Source: Octopus sinensis
Taxonomy: Eukaryota
Assembly: GCF_006345805.1 (NCBI RefSeq)
Contig: NC_043006.1
Coordinates: 75,020,001-75,084,000, forward strand
Direction of reading: 5' to 3'
DNA: 64,000 nucleotides
Shown: one piece after another, positions 24,989 through 36,510 of the stretch
Layout of the letters: each line of letters starts with the position of its first letter
How positions within the stretch are numbered: the stretch's first letter is position 1
The notes under the pieces: generated by a model
The model's database searches: none
The model's input: only the letters and a program-made list of their open reading frames with translations
Told to the model about the DNA's origin: nothing
Made by a program: the position numbers and the translations under genes

Positions 24989-25453
24989 AACTAGGCAGTA
25001 TCTGTGAAACTTAGGAGGAATGAACTCTATAAGGTATTTTTTTTTCTCGAAAGCACGCATTTAACGCATTCCTCACCAATCAATTGGGTACATACACACA
25101 CGCACACAGACACATTGTAGTGTCATTAAGTAAGCTTCGAAAGCGCGTGGTTTTGGTTTCGATCTCACGGCACGCAGCCTAGAGTCTCTTACTATTGCAT
25201 CATTGACACACTTACACACATACACACACACACACACACACATACGTACGCACAAACATACAAATACACACACGCCGAGTTTCCGCAGACCCTCCGTCTA
25301 TCAACTTCCATTTACAAGTACAATTATAGATCCCACCCCACCTGGCTATAGGAGAAGAAAAAACATGTTCATTATTATCACGCGCACTGAGATCGAACTA
25401 CGAACTACGATGTTGTGAACGAGCTTTTTAACCACACAATAATACTTACAATG

Positions 25454-25841
25454 AGGAGGCGCAATGGCCTGGTGGTTAGGGCAGCGGACTCGCGGTCATA
25501 GGATCGCGGTTTCGATTCCCAGACCGGGCGTTGTGAGTGTTTATTGAGCGAAAACGCCTAAAGCTCCACGAGGCTCCGGCAGGAGATGGTGGTGATCCCT
25601 GCTGTACTCTTTCACCACAACTTTCTCTCACGCTTACTTCCTGTCTTTGTTGTACCTGTAATTCAAAGGGCCGGCCATGTCACTCTCTGTGTCACGCTGA
25701 ATATCCCCGAGAACTACGTTAAGGGTACACGTGTCTGTGGAGTGCTCAGCCACTCACACGTTAATTTCACGAGCAAGCTGTTCCGTTGATCGGATCAACC
25801 GGAACCCTCGTCGTCGTAACCGACGGAGTGCTCCCTCCTTG
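25454..25841 (+). mobile_element. SINE head H1 + tail A
   Basis: A box TGGCCTGGTGG, B box GTTTCGATTCC; TSD ATACTTACA. Confidence 0.9.
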
Positions 25842-26375
25842 ATACTTACACTGTGTTCTTTGTCTCCTCCTCCAACGATTTCTTTTGAGTTCTTGCTCGT
25901 TTTTGCTCTCGTGTTATACTGTTATTTTTAACACTCTCTTATAACAGAACTCTCTTCTGTTTTTCGACGTCAATCAAACGAAACACGAGTGCTGACAAGA
26001 TTTAACCTCTATGTCCCGATCTGATAGCCTGGCAGTCCGACTAAAGGTAATTTATTCGAAAATTTAATTACATATTTACCAGTCAATCAATCATTCAACC
26101 AATCACTCACTCAAATTTGTTTTAACAGGAACATTAATCACATCGATCTCAACATTCTCATTGTTCTAAACTCATTGTTCTAAACTATTCCAATGAAAAA
26201 TAATCAGTTAATTCCTTCCACATTCGCCTTGTCTCTTCATAAGTTAGATTGTCAGATAAATTCATTCACTTTTTTTCTACTTGGTACTCGATATTCATAT
26301 ATTTGAAGAATGGCAAAATTTATTCAAATATCAGAAACGATGAGCAAAAGTTGTAGAGAAACAATAGGGGTTCAA

Positions 26376-26516
<141 letters not shown>

Positions 26517-26637
26517 TATGGGGAGAGAGAGAGAGCATAAAACAATACGATAAATTTCGTGTCAATATTCAAATAGCATGTGAAAGGATTAAAATAAAAT
26601 GGAAAAATACGGACGACTTTATCTTACAAACCAAATA

Positions 26638-26670
<33 letters not shown>

Positions 26671-27073
26671 ATAAATGAGTATGTATGTATATATATTTAT
26701 ATATATACATACATATATAAATGTAGGGTGACCTCCTTCGGTCATGAACGACCATGGGATTGCACCTAGAAAGTTACCATCCGAGGCACAAGTCCGGGCA
26801 AGATTGTTTATGGAAGGCATATTTGTGTGTGTTTAATGTTAACTGTCAGCTAAAAGAGTACTCAGTATCATAGTATAGATTAATAATGGCTTCAAAATTT
26901 GGCACAAGGCCAGTAGCAGAGATTAATAGTACATTTTCGTTCGGTCAAGTCAGTCTCGAACAAGTTATGTCCTAACTTGTCTGAAGATCTTGTGTACCTA
27001 TAAATGAAACTCCGAGTAGCAAGAGACTGACTCAACCGAAATAAGATACGTTATATATATACATATATATATA

Positions 27074-27234
27074 GGCGCAGGCCTGGCTGTGTGGTAAGTA
27101 GCTTGCTTACCAACCACATTATTCAAGGCTCAGTCCCACTGCGAGGCACCTTGGGCAAGTGTCTTCTTCTATAGCCCGGGCTGACTAAAGCCTTGTGAGT
27201 GGATTTAGTAGATGAAAACTGAAAGAAGCCCGTC

Positions 27235-27311
<77 letters not shown>

Positions 27312-27540
27312 TTATATATATGTGTATGTGTGTGAGTGTGTGTGTTTGTTCCCTATCATCGCTTGATAACCGATGTTAGTGTGTTTACGTCCCTGTAACA
27401 TAGTGGTTCGGCAAAAGAGACCGATAGAATAAGTACAGGTTTACAAAGATTAAGTCCTAGGATCGATTTGTTCAACTAAAGGCGGTGCTCCAGCATGGCC
27501 ACAGTCAAATGGTTGAAACAAATAAAAGAATAAAAGAATA
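27074..27540 (+). mobile_element. Family M SINE, full length
   Basis: Homology to other copies. Confidence 0.88.
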
Positions 27541-27649
27541 TGTACGTCTGCATTTGTGTGTTGTGTATGTGTCTGCTTATATCTGTGCACTCACTGTTTG
27601 TTCCTGTACACTCACACACGCGCGGGCGCACACACGTACATACGTCACA

Positions 27650-28012
27650 CAAAGAGGACAAACAAGGACTGACAAACGGTTTAAGTCGATTATATCGACC
27701 CAGGTGCGTGACTGGTACTTAATTTATCGACTCAGAAAGGATGAAAGGCAAAGTCGACCTCGGCGGAATTTGAACTCAGAACGTAACGACAGACGAAATA
27801 CCTATTTCTTTACTACCCACAAGGGGCTAAACACAGAGGGGACAAACAAGGACAGACACACAGATTAAGTCGATTATATCAACCCCAGTGCGTAACAGGT
27901 ACCTAATTTATCGACTCAGAAAGGATGAAAGGCAAAGTCGTCGACCTCGGCTGAATTTGAACTCAGAACGTAACGACAGACGAAATACCGCTAAGCATTT
28001 CGCTCGGCGGGC
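27650..28012 (-). mobile_element. Family N SINE dimer
   Basis: Two cores. Confidence 0.82.
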
Positions 28013-28029
28013 TCTTGAATCAACCTTAT

Positions 28030-28428
28030 GCTTTGCTACCTTTTAATATAAAACCCACCAATGTCAATTTTGATGTAAATGTTACCAGTGAGTGTTAGTA
28101 TTCCCTCGTCTTGATATACAAGTTGTGTATTTCTTCAAGTGTCCTGTCTAGCTTTCAAAATGTTCGTACTTGCACTGACACTTTAAAAGCATTATGATAC
28201 GGCCATACTCAATGCGAACAACGCTGATTTTGAAAATCTTCCAAGTGTTTCTTTGACCGCCCTAACTTTACCCAAGCATGCAATATTCTCATCTATCTTC
28301 ATTAATGGAGATAGTCAACCCATTGTTATCCATATTCCTTGGTAACCAATGCTTCGTCGATTATCTATAAAATATGAACATTTCCTGATCAAAGTTTTCA
28401 TTGCTGGATCCCGTGACACTCTTCTCGC
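28030..28428 (-). pseudogene. Possible heavily decayed Gypsy/Ginger-type integrase core
   Basis: Broken translation ENFDQEMF...NNGLT.SINE...GQRNTW / SALFALSMAVS resembles EF.N...QTNGL.ER.N...W....LFA.RT; several stops and frameshifts. Confidence 0.35.
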
Positions 28429-28847
28429 GGATCTTTTCGGTTTGAACGGCAGTTTTTAACATAATTTCTAGGTAACTAAAAAATTTTAAACTTCGTATAC
28501 TGGTAGAATGTGTTTATAAAACATCTTTTTCTCTTGACTTTATTGAGAAAATTCCATAGTTTGTAAGATATTTGTTGTTTTTTTTCTTCAATTTCTGCAA
28601 TTTTAACCAATCAATGACTTCCATTGAGGTAAAAAAAACATTCTGTGCCGTATGAATATGTCCCTCCTTTAAGAAACAGATTGGGTTTATTTACATTTGT
28701 GAAGAAAAAAAGATACCCTTCCCCTCACCCCTAACCCTAACCCTAAAACAGATTGAAATGTAATAGATCGATACTAGGGTCATAATTATGGGTGACAATT
28801 TCATATGACACCGCTAGCAAAAACTGCCGTTCAAACCGAAAAGATAC
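28429..28847. mobile_element. MITE family T copy 1 (28-bp TIR, 8-bp TSD, telomeric repeats)
   Basis: GGATCTTTTCGGTTTGAACGGCAGTTTT / AAAACTGCCGTTCAAACCGAAAAGATAC; TSD CTTCTCGC; near-identical to 53063-53483. Confidence 0.92.
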
Positions 28848-29393
28848 CTTCTCGCGATATTTTTGGTTCGAAAATATTACTTGGATATTTCATCCTTTTG
28901 TGGTCGGTAAAATAAATGCCAATTGAAGACTGGGAGTCGATGTAATCGACTTATAACCACCCCGAAATTTGCTGGCCTTGAGCCAAAATTTGAAAGCGAT
29001 ATTAGTTGAATATAGCTTTAGCATCATCGACAAAACAGATGGAGGTTGATATCCTTTGCAGATTGTGTCATGCAGATTTTGCATTGTCGCAACGAAAAGA
29101 ATTACAGGAATGATGTCACGCTGGAATGATTCTGTCGATAACCTATTTTTATTTGTGGCTGTGCTGTTAGCTTCAGTTTTTCACGAAAGCTGTGTAGACC
29201 AACTGTTGCCAGTTTTTAACGGCATCGACTATAGAAGAACATTGACGTAGCATCCATGAATGCCTGTCATTTAAAAATACTGTGTATGCATGTATACTGA
29301 CACATTAAAATAGGCACCATTTTAACACAGGGATCGATGTGATTACCTAGTCACCTAACCCAAAATTTCAGGTCTTGTGCCTCTTATAGCAAC

Positions 29394-29461
<68 letters not shown>

Positions 29462-30170
29462 TATGTTTGACTTTTGCTTTATATTTGTACAAGTTGGCTC
29501 CAAGTCTCACCCAGAGACCTCAAGAGACAACAGGTTGGAAGTTCACGTTGTTGTTATGCCTAGTGTGCCATATATTTGTTTTTTTTTTTTGGTGTTGTAC
29601 TAGTGAATGTCTAATAAAAAAATTTCTTTGTTTTAAACCTTGAGATTACATAGAAAGTATTTTGCGTAGGATATGAGCAGTTCCCATGAGCACTATCTTT
29701 TGAATTTCTGCCATTTTGGGGTTTTCTGGTATCTGAGTTAGGTAGCAATCAGCCCCTTTCGCTATCATTCCCAGGGCACCTATGACAACAGGTATTGTTT
29801 TAGTCTTCAGGTTCCACATATTGCTGATTTCTATTTCAAGATCTTTATATTTGCTCAGTTCTTTGGTAGGTCTTGACAGATACGTTTATATCGATTGGGA
29901 CAGTCATATCAATGAGGAGGCATGTTCTTTGTCTGAAGTCTTTCAAAATGTCTGGCCTATTTGCATCTATCTTTCTGTCAGTTTGAATGGTGAAGTTCCA
30001 GAGGAGTGAGATGTGGTCATTTTCAAGCACTGGAGGTGGTTTGGGTTCCCACCAGTTTTTTTCGTGTTGAGGCACCCTGTAGGCGCTAGAAGACTGCACT
30101 TGGAGACAACATGATCAATGGTTTCATTTTGTTGTTGACATACACGAATTGTTGGGCTACTGCCATTATT
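29462..30170 (-). mobile_element. R4/Dong RLE LINE, subfamily 3, 3' portion
   Basis: VCQQQNETIDHVVSKC; LLWNFTIQTDRKIDANRPDI..CLLIDMTVPID; KYKDLEIEI..IGALG; flanked by (ATT)n on both sides. Confidence 0.9.
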
Positions 30171-30189
30171 ATTATTATTATTATTATTA

Positions 30190-30250
<61 letters not shown>

Positions 30251-30309
30251 TATTATTATTATTATTATTATCATCATTATCATCATCATCATCATCATCA
30301 TCATTATTA

Positions 30310-30344
<35 letters not shown>

Positions 30345-30640
30345 CATTCAGTAGTTTTATTTTTATAACGTACTTTCTCTTCACTACCGAGCGCAGCTCT
30401 GTGTGCCTTGGGTATGTGCTGAGTTTTGTTGTGATGCTCTGATGGTTACTGTATTGAAAGTGTTCTGCGTAGGATGTGTGCAGTGCCTACTAGTGCAATC
30501 TTCTGTATGTTATATGTGTTTGTAAGTCCTGGTGTTTTTGTTATGTATTTGTCTGAATATTTTTTACCACACCATAGTGGGTTATACCATGGCTCCTCTG
30601 CTCCTCTGTACCCTCTGCACCATTGATCCTCTATAATAAT
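30345..30640 (-). mobile_element. Chimeric SINE-tail-B / Dong subfamily 1 3' end, copy 1
   Basis: Matches 50680-50897 plus 40 nt matching 32588-32627. Confidence 0.85.
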
Positions 30641-30687
30641 AATAATTTATTATTATTATTATTATTTTATTATTATTATTATTATTA

Positions 30688-30729
<42 letters not shown>

Positions 30730-30785
30730 TATTATTATTATTATTATCATCATTATCATCATCATCATCATTATTATTATTATTT

Positions 30786-30817
<32 letters not shown>

Positions 30818-30828
30818 ATTATTATTAT

Positions 30829-31125
30829 CATTCAGTAGTTTTATTTTTATAACGTACTTTCTCTTCACTACCGAGCGCAGCTCTGTGTGCCTTGGGTATG
30901 TGCTGAGTTTTGTTGTGATGCTCTGATGGTTACTGTATTGAAAGTGTTCTGCGTAGGATGTGTGCAGTGCCTACTAGTGCAATTTTCTGTATGTTATATG
31001 TGTTTGTAAGTCCTGGTGTTTTTGTTATGTATTTGTCTGAATATTTTTTACCACACCATAGTGGGTTATACCATGGCTCCTCTGCTCCTCTGTACCCTCT
31101 GCACCATTGATCCTCTATAATAATA
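30829..31125 (-). mobile_element. Same chimera, tandem copy 2
   Basis: One substitution seen versus copy 1 in ~290 unique bp. Confidence 0.88.
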
Positions 31126-31128
31126 ATA

Positions 31129-31190
<62 letters not shown>

Positions 31191-31539
31191 TTACCAAGGT
31201 GATATCCGCCAACAGTACATTTGATTCAATATATTGTTGTATCACGGCAAAGGTCAAAATGAACGGAAGATAGATATATATATAATACGAGTATTAAGTC
31301 GAAACAAAAAAAAAGAAGAAAAACGAAACCAACATAATGTGCAATACCGGGCGAATGCGAAGAATTTGATATTTAATGCTTCTTATAAAAAGAATAACAT
31401 CAAATAACAACTCAGAGTTGGGGGTAAGTGAAAAAGAAGGAGATGATGAAAGGGTAGGAGAAGGAAGAGGAACAGAAAAGGTGGAAACTGTTCATATCTC
31501 GGTGTATAGATTCGGGAAAGCAATGATTCAGTTTAATTT

Positions 31540-32340
31540 AATAGAACCGAAAATATGAAAGGCCAACTTGACCTCGACGGTATTTGAACTCAGAATGTAA
31601 AGCCGGAAGAAATGCCTATTTCTTTACTACCCACAAGGGGCTAAACACAGAGTGGACAGACAAGGACAGACAAACGAATTATGTCGATTATATCGACCCC
31701 AGTGCGTAACTGGTACTTATTCAATCGACCCCGGAAATATGAAAAGCAAAGTCGAACGTAGCGGCAGACGAAATACTTATTTCTTGACTGCCCATAAGGG
31801 GCTACACAGAGGGGACGAACAAGGACAAACAAACGGATTAAGTCGATTACATCGACCCCAGTGCGTAACTGGTACTTAATTTATCGACTCCGAAAGGATG
31901 AAAGGCAAAGTCGACCTCGGCGGAATTTGAACTCACAACGTAGCGGCAGACGAAATACCTATTTCTTGACTGCTAACAAGAGGCTACACAGAGGGGACAA
32001 ACAAGGACAGACAAACGGATTAAGTCGATTACATCGACTCCAGTGTGTAACTGGTACTTAATTTATCGACTCCGAAAGGCTGAAAGGCAAAGTCGACCTC
32101 GCCGGAATTTGAACTCAGAATGTAGCGGCAGACGAAATACTGCTAAGCATTTCGCCCGGCGTGCTAACAATTCTGCTAGCTTGCTGACTGTAGATAGTTA
32201 TAAGCCTTTCTAACATTGACAGCAATTTTGAGGGGATTGCTAAATCGATTACATCGATCCCAGTGCTCCACTGGTTCTTATTTATATCGAACCCCGATAG
32301 GATACAAGGCAAAGCCGACTTTGGTGACATTTTAACTCAG
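31540..32340 (-). mobile_element. Family N SINE multimer array
   Basis: About four cores; 182-bp period between 31910 and 32092. Confidence 0.85.
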
Positions 32341-32394
32341 AACGTAATGCCGATCACAGCAACAACTAACGAGAATAGCTTGCAACAACAACTA

Positions 32395-32850
32395 GTGGAG
32401 GCGTAATGGCCTAGTGGTTAGGACAGCGGACTCGCAGTCGTAAGAACGCGATTTCGCTTCCCCGACCAGGCATTGTGAGTGTTTATTGAACAAAAATACC
32501 TAAGCTCAACGAGGCACCGGCGGGTGGGGGTAAGCCCCGCTGTACTCTTTCATCACAGCTTTCTCTCACTCTTTCTTCCTACTTCTAAGCAGAGGAACCA
32601 TGGTGTAACCCACTATGGTGTGGTAAACTTTCAGACCCTAGTCTAGATTGCGAATCCTCTGTACCCCAGGATGGTTCAGATCTCCACCCGTTAAAACCCC
32701 GTTTACGGAATGAGGATAACAACATAGCTTTCGCGTGTTGTGGGTGGATCTTCAAGTTGCCACACGCATTCTTAGTAGCTTAGAGTAAGCTCGCATTAGA
32801 GATTATTCTTTGTGACTAATGGTGTGATTCTTGATTGGAAGAAGAAGAAG
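32395..32850 (+). mobile_element. SINE head H1 + tail B ending in (GAA)n
   Basis: Homologous to 46140-46655. Confidence 0.87.
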
Positions 32851-33474
32851 AAGAAGGAGGAGGAGGAGGAGGAGGAGAAGAAGAAGAAGAAGAACAACAA
32901 CAACAACAACAACAACAGCAACAACCAGCAAGTAATATACAAGATAAGCTTCCGCCGAAGGAAGCCTTTCATTCTTTCAGGGTCAATAAAATAAGGACTA
33001 GTGAAACAGTGGGGTCAATATAATCAACTTACTCCTCCCCCGAAACTGCTTGCCTTGTGCTAAAATTTGAAACCAATATACAAGACATGCAAGTTAACAG
33101 AAAATGGACATTAATTTTTCTTAATGAACAATCTATTAGCTTTCATGAACTTCATTTCCAAGACATTTATCCGAAAATTCTTTTGTCTACTTAAAAAAGT
33201 TCATAGTTAGGTTTCCTAGTTTGTCACCCAGTATATTGCACTCTTTTCCCCGTCTCAAGTGGGTATTGTTTCCTTTTTAGCATATATCCGCATACTCATT
33301 GACAATTATACAAGCTCATACACGTCGCAGCTCCTGGCTTTCCGCAGTCAACAGTTTTTACCCTTAGTCTATAACTTAATTCATGTCAATAGAACACGTG
33401 TTGGCTCGTGTATAAACCTCGCAAAATACTAAATATCGTTTTTTGCTTTTCATTTTACCGTTCTTCAGACATAT

Positions 33475-33859
33475 TTCTCTATATATAAACGGCAAAATAT
33501 ATGTGTGTGCGTGTGTGTGTGTGTGTGCGTGTCCTTTATACAAATCCACAATTTTTCAGTTAGAGGGCTCCCACTTTCTATGGTCATTCAAAACCGTCCA
33601 AGGGTGGTCGTGCACATCTTTACATTTACCCAGTCACCCCGCAAAGCCATTTTATAAATCAATAGAAGTGACTTTTTTGTGAATTTTCTATCCAAAACCC
33701 AATCAAAATGCCCGAAACTTCATACGGCAATTGAATGCCAGCTAGCTGTATGTGATTGATTGGAGATTTGGACAGTACACGCGTGTATGTGCGCACGCAC
33801 GCAGCTGTATATGCATACACTAGCACTATGACCCAGCGTTGCCGGGTCATAGTGCTAGT
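33475..33859 (-). mobile_element. Non-autonomous Helitron/Helentron-like element
   Basis: Terminal ACTAGC.. with a perfect 16-bp hairpin (33819-33859), (CA)n near the other end, T-rich insertion context. Confidence 0.55.
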
Positions 33860-35360
33860 TTGTACTAAAACTCGAACCATGCTCTCTTCCGGAACATGCA
33901 GCTAGTGTGGACATCTCATAAATCTCATTTGCACCAGAGCAGTACTATGCAACTCTCAAATGCATCTGATACTTGTTTACATAGTATTTTATTTGGCTGC
34001 TTTTGCTGACTGGCCATCTTTTCCTTTCAGCTCACTGATGAATCTTGCAGTTCAATCAGGCTTTTGCCTCCTGATCGTTTGCATGAGAGCTGTTGCTTTT
34101 TAAAGACACTTCTAATACTGTAATATACTTCTGGGTTTCTCATAATGCAGTTATCATTTATAGGTTAGACCAACTTTACAGCAACACGCTTACAAGCGTA
34201 CCGCCCTATATGCTAATTCTACATTCATATATCAGCGATTATTCCCAAATTTGTTTTACTTTTAAACTCGAATTATTAACATCGACTCTATCATATGCTA
34301 ACCAAATAACAGTTATAATAGCATTGTCCTCCTTTCTTTGAGATCTCGGATATATCACGTACTAAATGTATAAGTTTTGCAGTTCTTGCTATTCATTCGC
34401 TAAATGCTTATCTTATGAAAGCTGCTAACACAACCCGCCATCTTTGCTTAGCAGTTATCAACCATACACAAGCATATTGCCAAGTTTACTTGGCTTCTCA
34501 CTTTGTTTACAGGCACTCAGTAACATTACATAACACTAGAAATATTCATATTTTACTATAAGTTGAGAATATCAGACTTTCACTCGGTTACTTTCATTAA
34601 AAAGAGTGTGAAAACTCAAATGGCTTTCTACTAATCTATATTCATTCTCACTAAGACATTGGCTTACTTATATATGCAACTTGATCACTGCATCAGCTCA
34701 AGAGTATGCACACACAACATAGCGATTCTTCTCAGTTATACATATCATATATCAGTCCGTCACACATTCTCTATATATCTGTATTCAGATTCTCCTGGGA
34801 CATAAGATGCTTACAATGTCCTTACTAAACATCAATCTTTTCCATATTTTTGCTCTATGAATTTAAACATCTTGGGTTAAGAGTGGGATCATCTAAGCAG
34901 TATTATAGACTTCCCGGCAAATTAATGCGCTGGACCCTATCGTATTTCATAACAGCAAGCTACAGCATACATAGGTCAGGATCGGGTTCCTAGACCAGCC
35001 AGTTTGCTCATGCATTAAGACGGCACAAGGTAGGGACACTCCTTGTAATGACACATTGTAATGTAACAGGAATTCTGGCCAGTTTCGAAATCAGAACTTG
35101 TGGCTCACTGACTAAGACTCTCAGTACAATTTAGAGGATCTGCTAAATTTCCATTGAAAAATGAAAGAATGTTCTTCATAATTTGTTATTTAACTACCAC
35201 GACAATAAAAAAGAAAATTTTGTTAGTCTAATTCGGCCAATCAACGGTGTCTATCTGGTCTTCCCTTATTATATAAATTGCATTTTTTGGTGTGGTTATT
35301 ATTGTAAAAAGAGAAACAGGGCGAGTCCCTTCAGTTCATGTCAAGTAGTCGAGATAGACG

Positions 35361-35480
35361 TTACGCGAGACGACAGAAAAATGCTACGCCGAGAGGAGCC
35401 GCCATCACCTCCTTTGCTACGAAGCCGCGGCAGCTACAACCAAGAATAGCTAGTAGCAACAACAAAACAGGAAGCAACAT
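35361..35480 (-). CDS. Weak candidate signal-peptide-encoding first exon / small ORF
   Basis: MLLPVLLLLLAILGCSCRGFVAKE, possible donor GAG|GTGATG at 35409; lies in a CpG-rich patch. Confidence 0.25.
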   Translation of the reverse strand: MLLPVLLLLLAILGCSCRGFVAKEVMAAPLGVAFFCRLA

Positions 35481-36164
35481 GTATATGAGACAAGCGAAGC
35501 TACATTAGTAATATAATAGAGTTTTCCCTAATGAACAATCTATTAACTTATATCAACTTACATTTCCAAGACATTAACCTGAAAATTGTTTCGTTGGTCA
35601 TTAAAAAGTAAGTAAACGAACGATAAAATAAAGCAGCAAACATCTCTTATGAAGGTTCTCAAAGACACATAACGTTTATACAGTGTTTGTTTGTCGCGTA
35701 AACATATACAATGTAACAAAAAAGATATTTTCACATTTACTCACATAATGTTACCAGACACACATGTGTATAATAAGACATACAGTCATGCTACATTATT
35801 ACTTCATAATTACACTACGAAATGTCGCCATTTATTCTAATATACCATGTTCTCATTTGTTGTGATTCACTGAAAATTTCTGCTGCAACTGTTGCGCTTC
35901 AGTTAAAATATTAAACTGATATAAGATGTTATTTAACACTGCATCTGTCTCAACACTTCAATGCACTTCGTTAATAAATGTTTGTCTTCTAGCTTCCTCT
36001 TATCATTTCTCGTTATCTTTACCTGCGGCAGAATACGCACAAGTATGAGATACTTGCCTCCATTGTATGAATCTATGTCATTGAACATAACTCCTGTTAG
36101 TTTCATCAGCTGTACTCTTCCGTAGTGGCTGAGGAGGATGTTGGAAGAGGTTATTAATTTTTGT

Positions 36165-36510
36165 TAGCACACCGGAAGAAATGCTTAGCGGTATTTCGTC
36201 CGTCTTTAAGGCGGCAAGCTGGCAGAAACGTTAGCACGCCGGGCGAAATGCGTAGCCGTATTTCGTCTGCCGCTACGTTCTGAGTTCAAATTCCGCCAAG
36301 CTCGACTTTGCCTTTCATCCTTTCGGGGTCGATTAAATAAGTAGCAGTTATGCACTGGAGTCGATATAATCGACTTAATCCGTTTGTCTGTCCTTGTTTG
36401 TCCCCTCTGTGTTTAGCCCCTTGTGGGTAGTAAAGAAATAGGTATTTCGTCCATCTTCATGATTTGAGTTAAAATTCTGCCGAGTTCGAGTTAGCCTTTC
36501 ATCCTTTGTG
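36165..36510 (+). mobile_element. Family N SINE (multimer)
   Basis: Head, core, spacer and a partial second core. Confidence 0.82.

Noticed and set aside
25454-25530. tRNA genes at SINE heads
   Set aside because: A/B boxes are present but no complete cloverleaf was evident, and the heads are fused to SINE bodies with TSDs.
28729-28746. Telomere or chromosome-fusion scar
   Set aside because: Only three repeats, located inside a TIR/TSD-bounded element.
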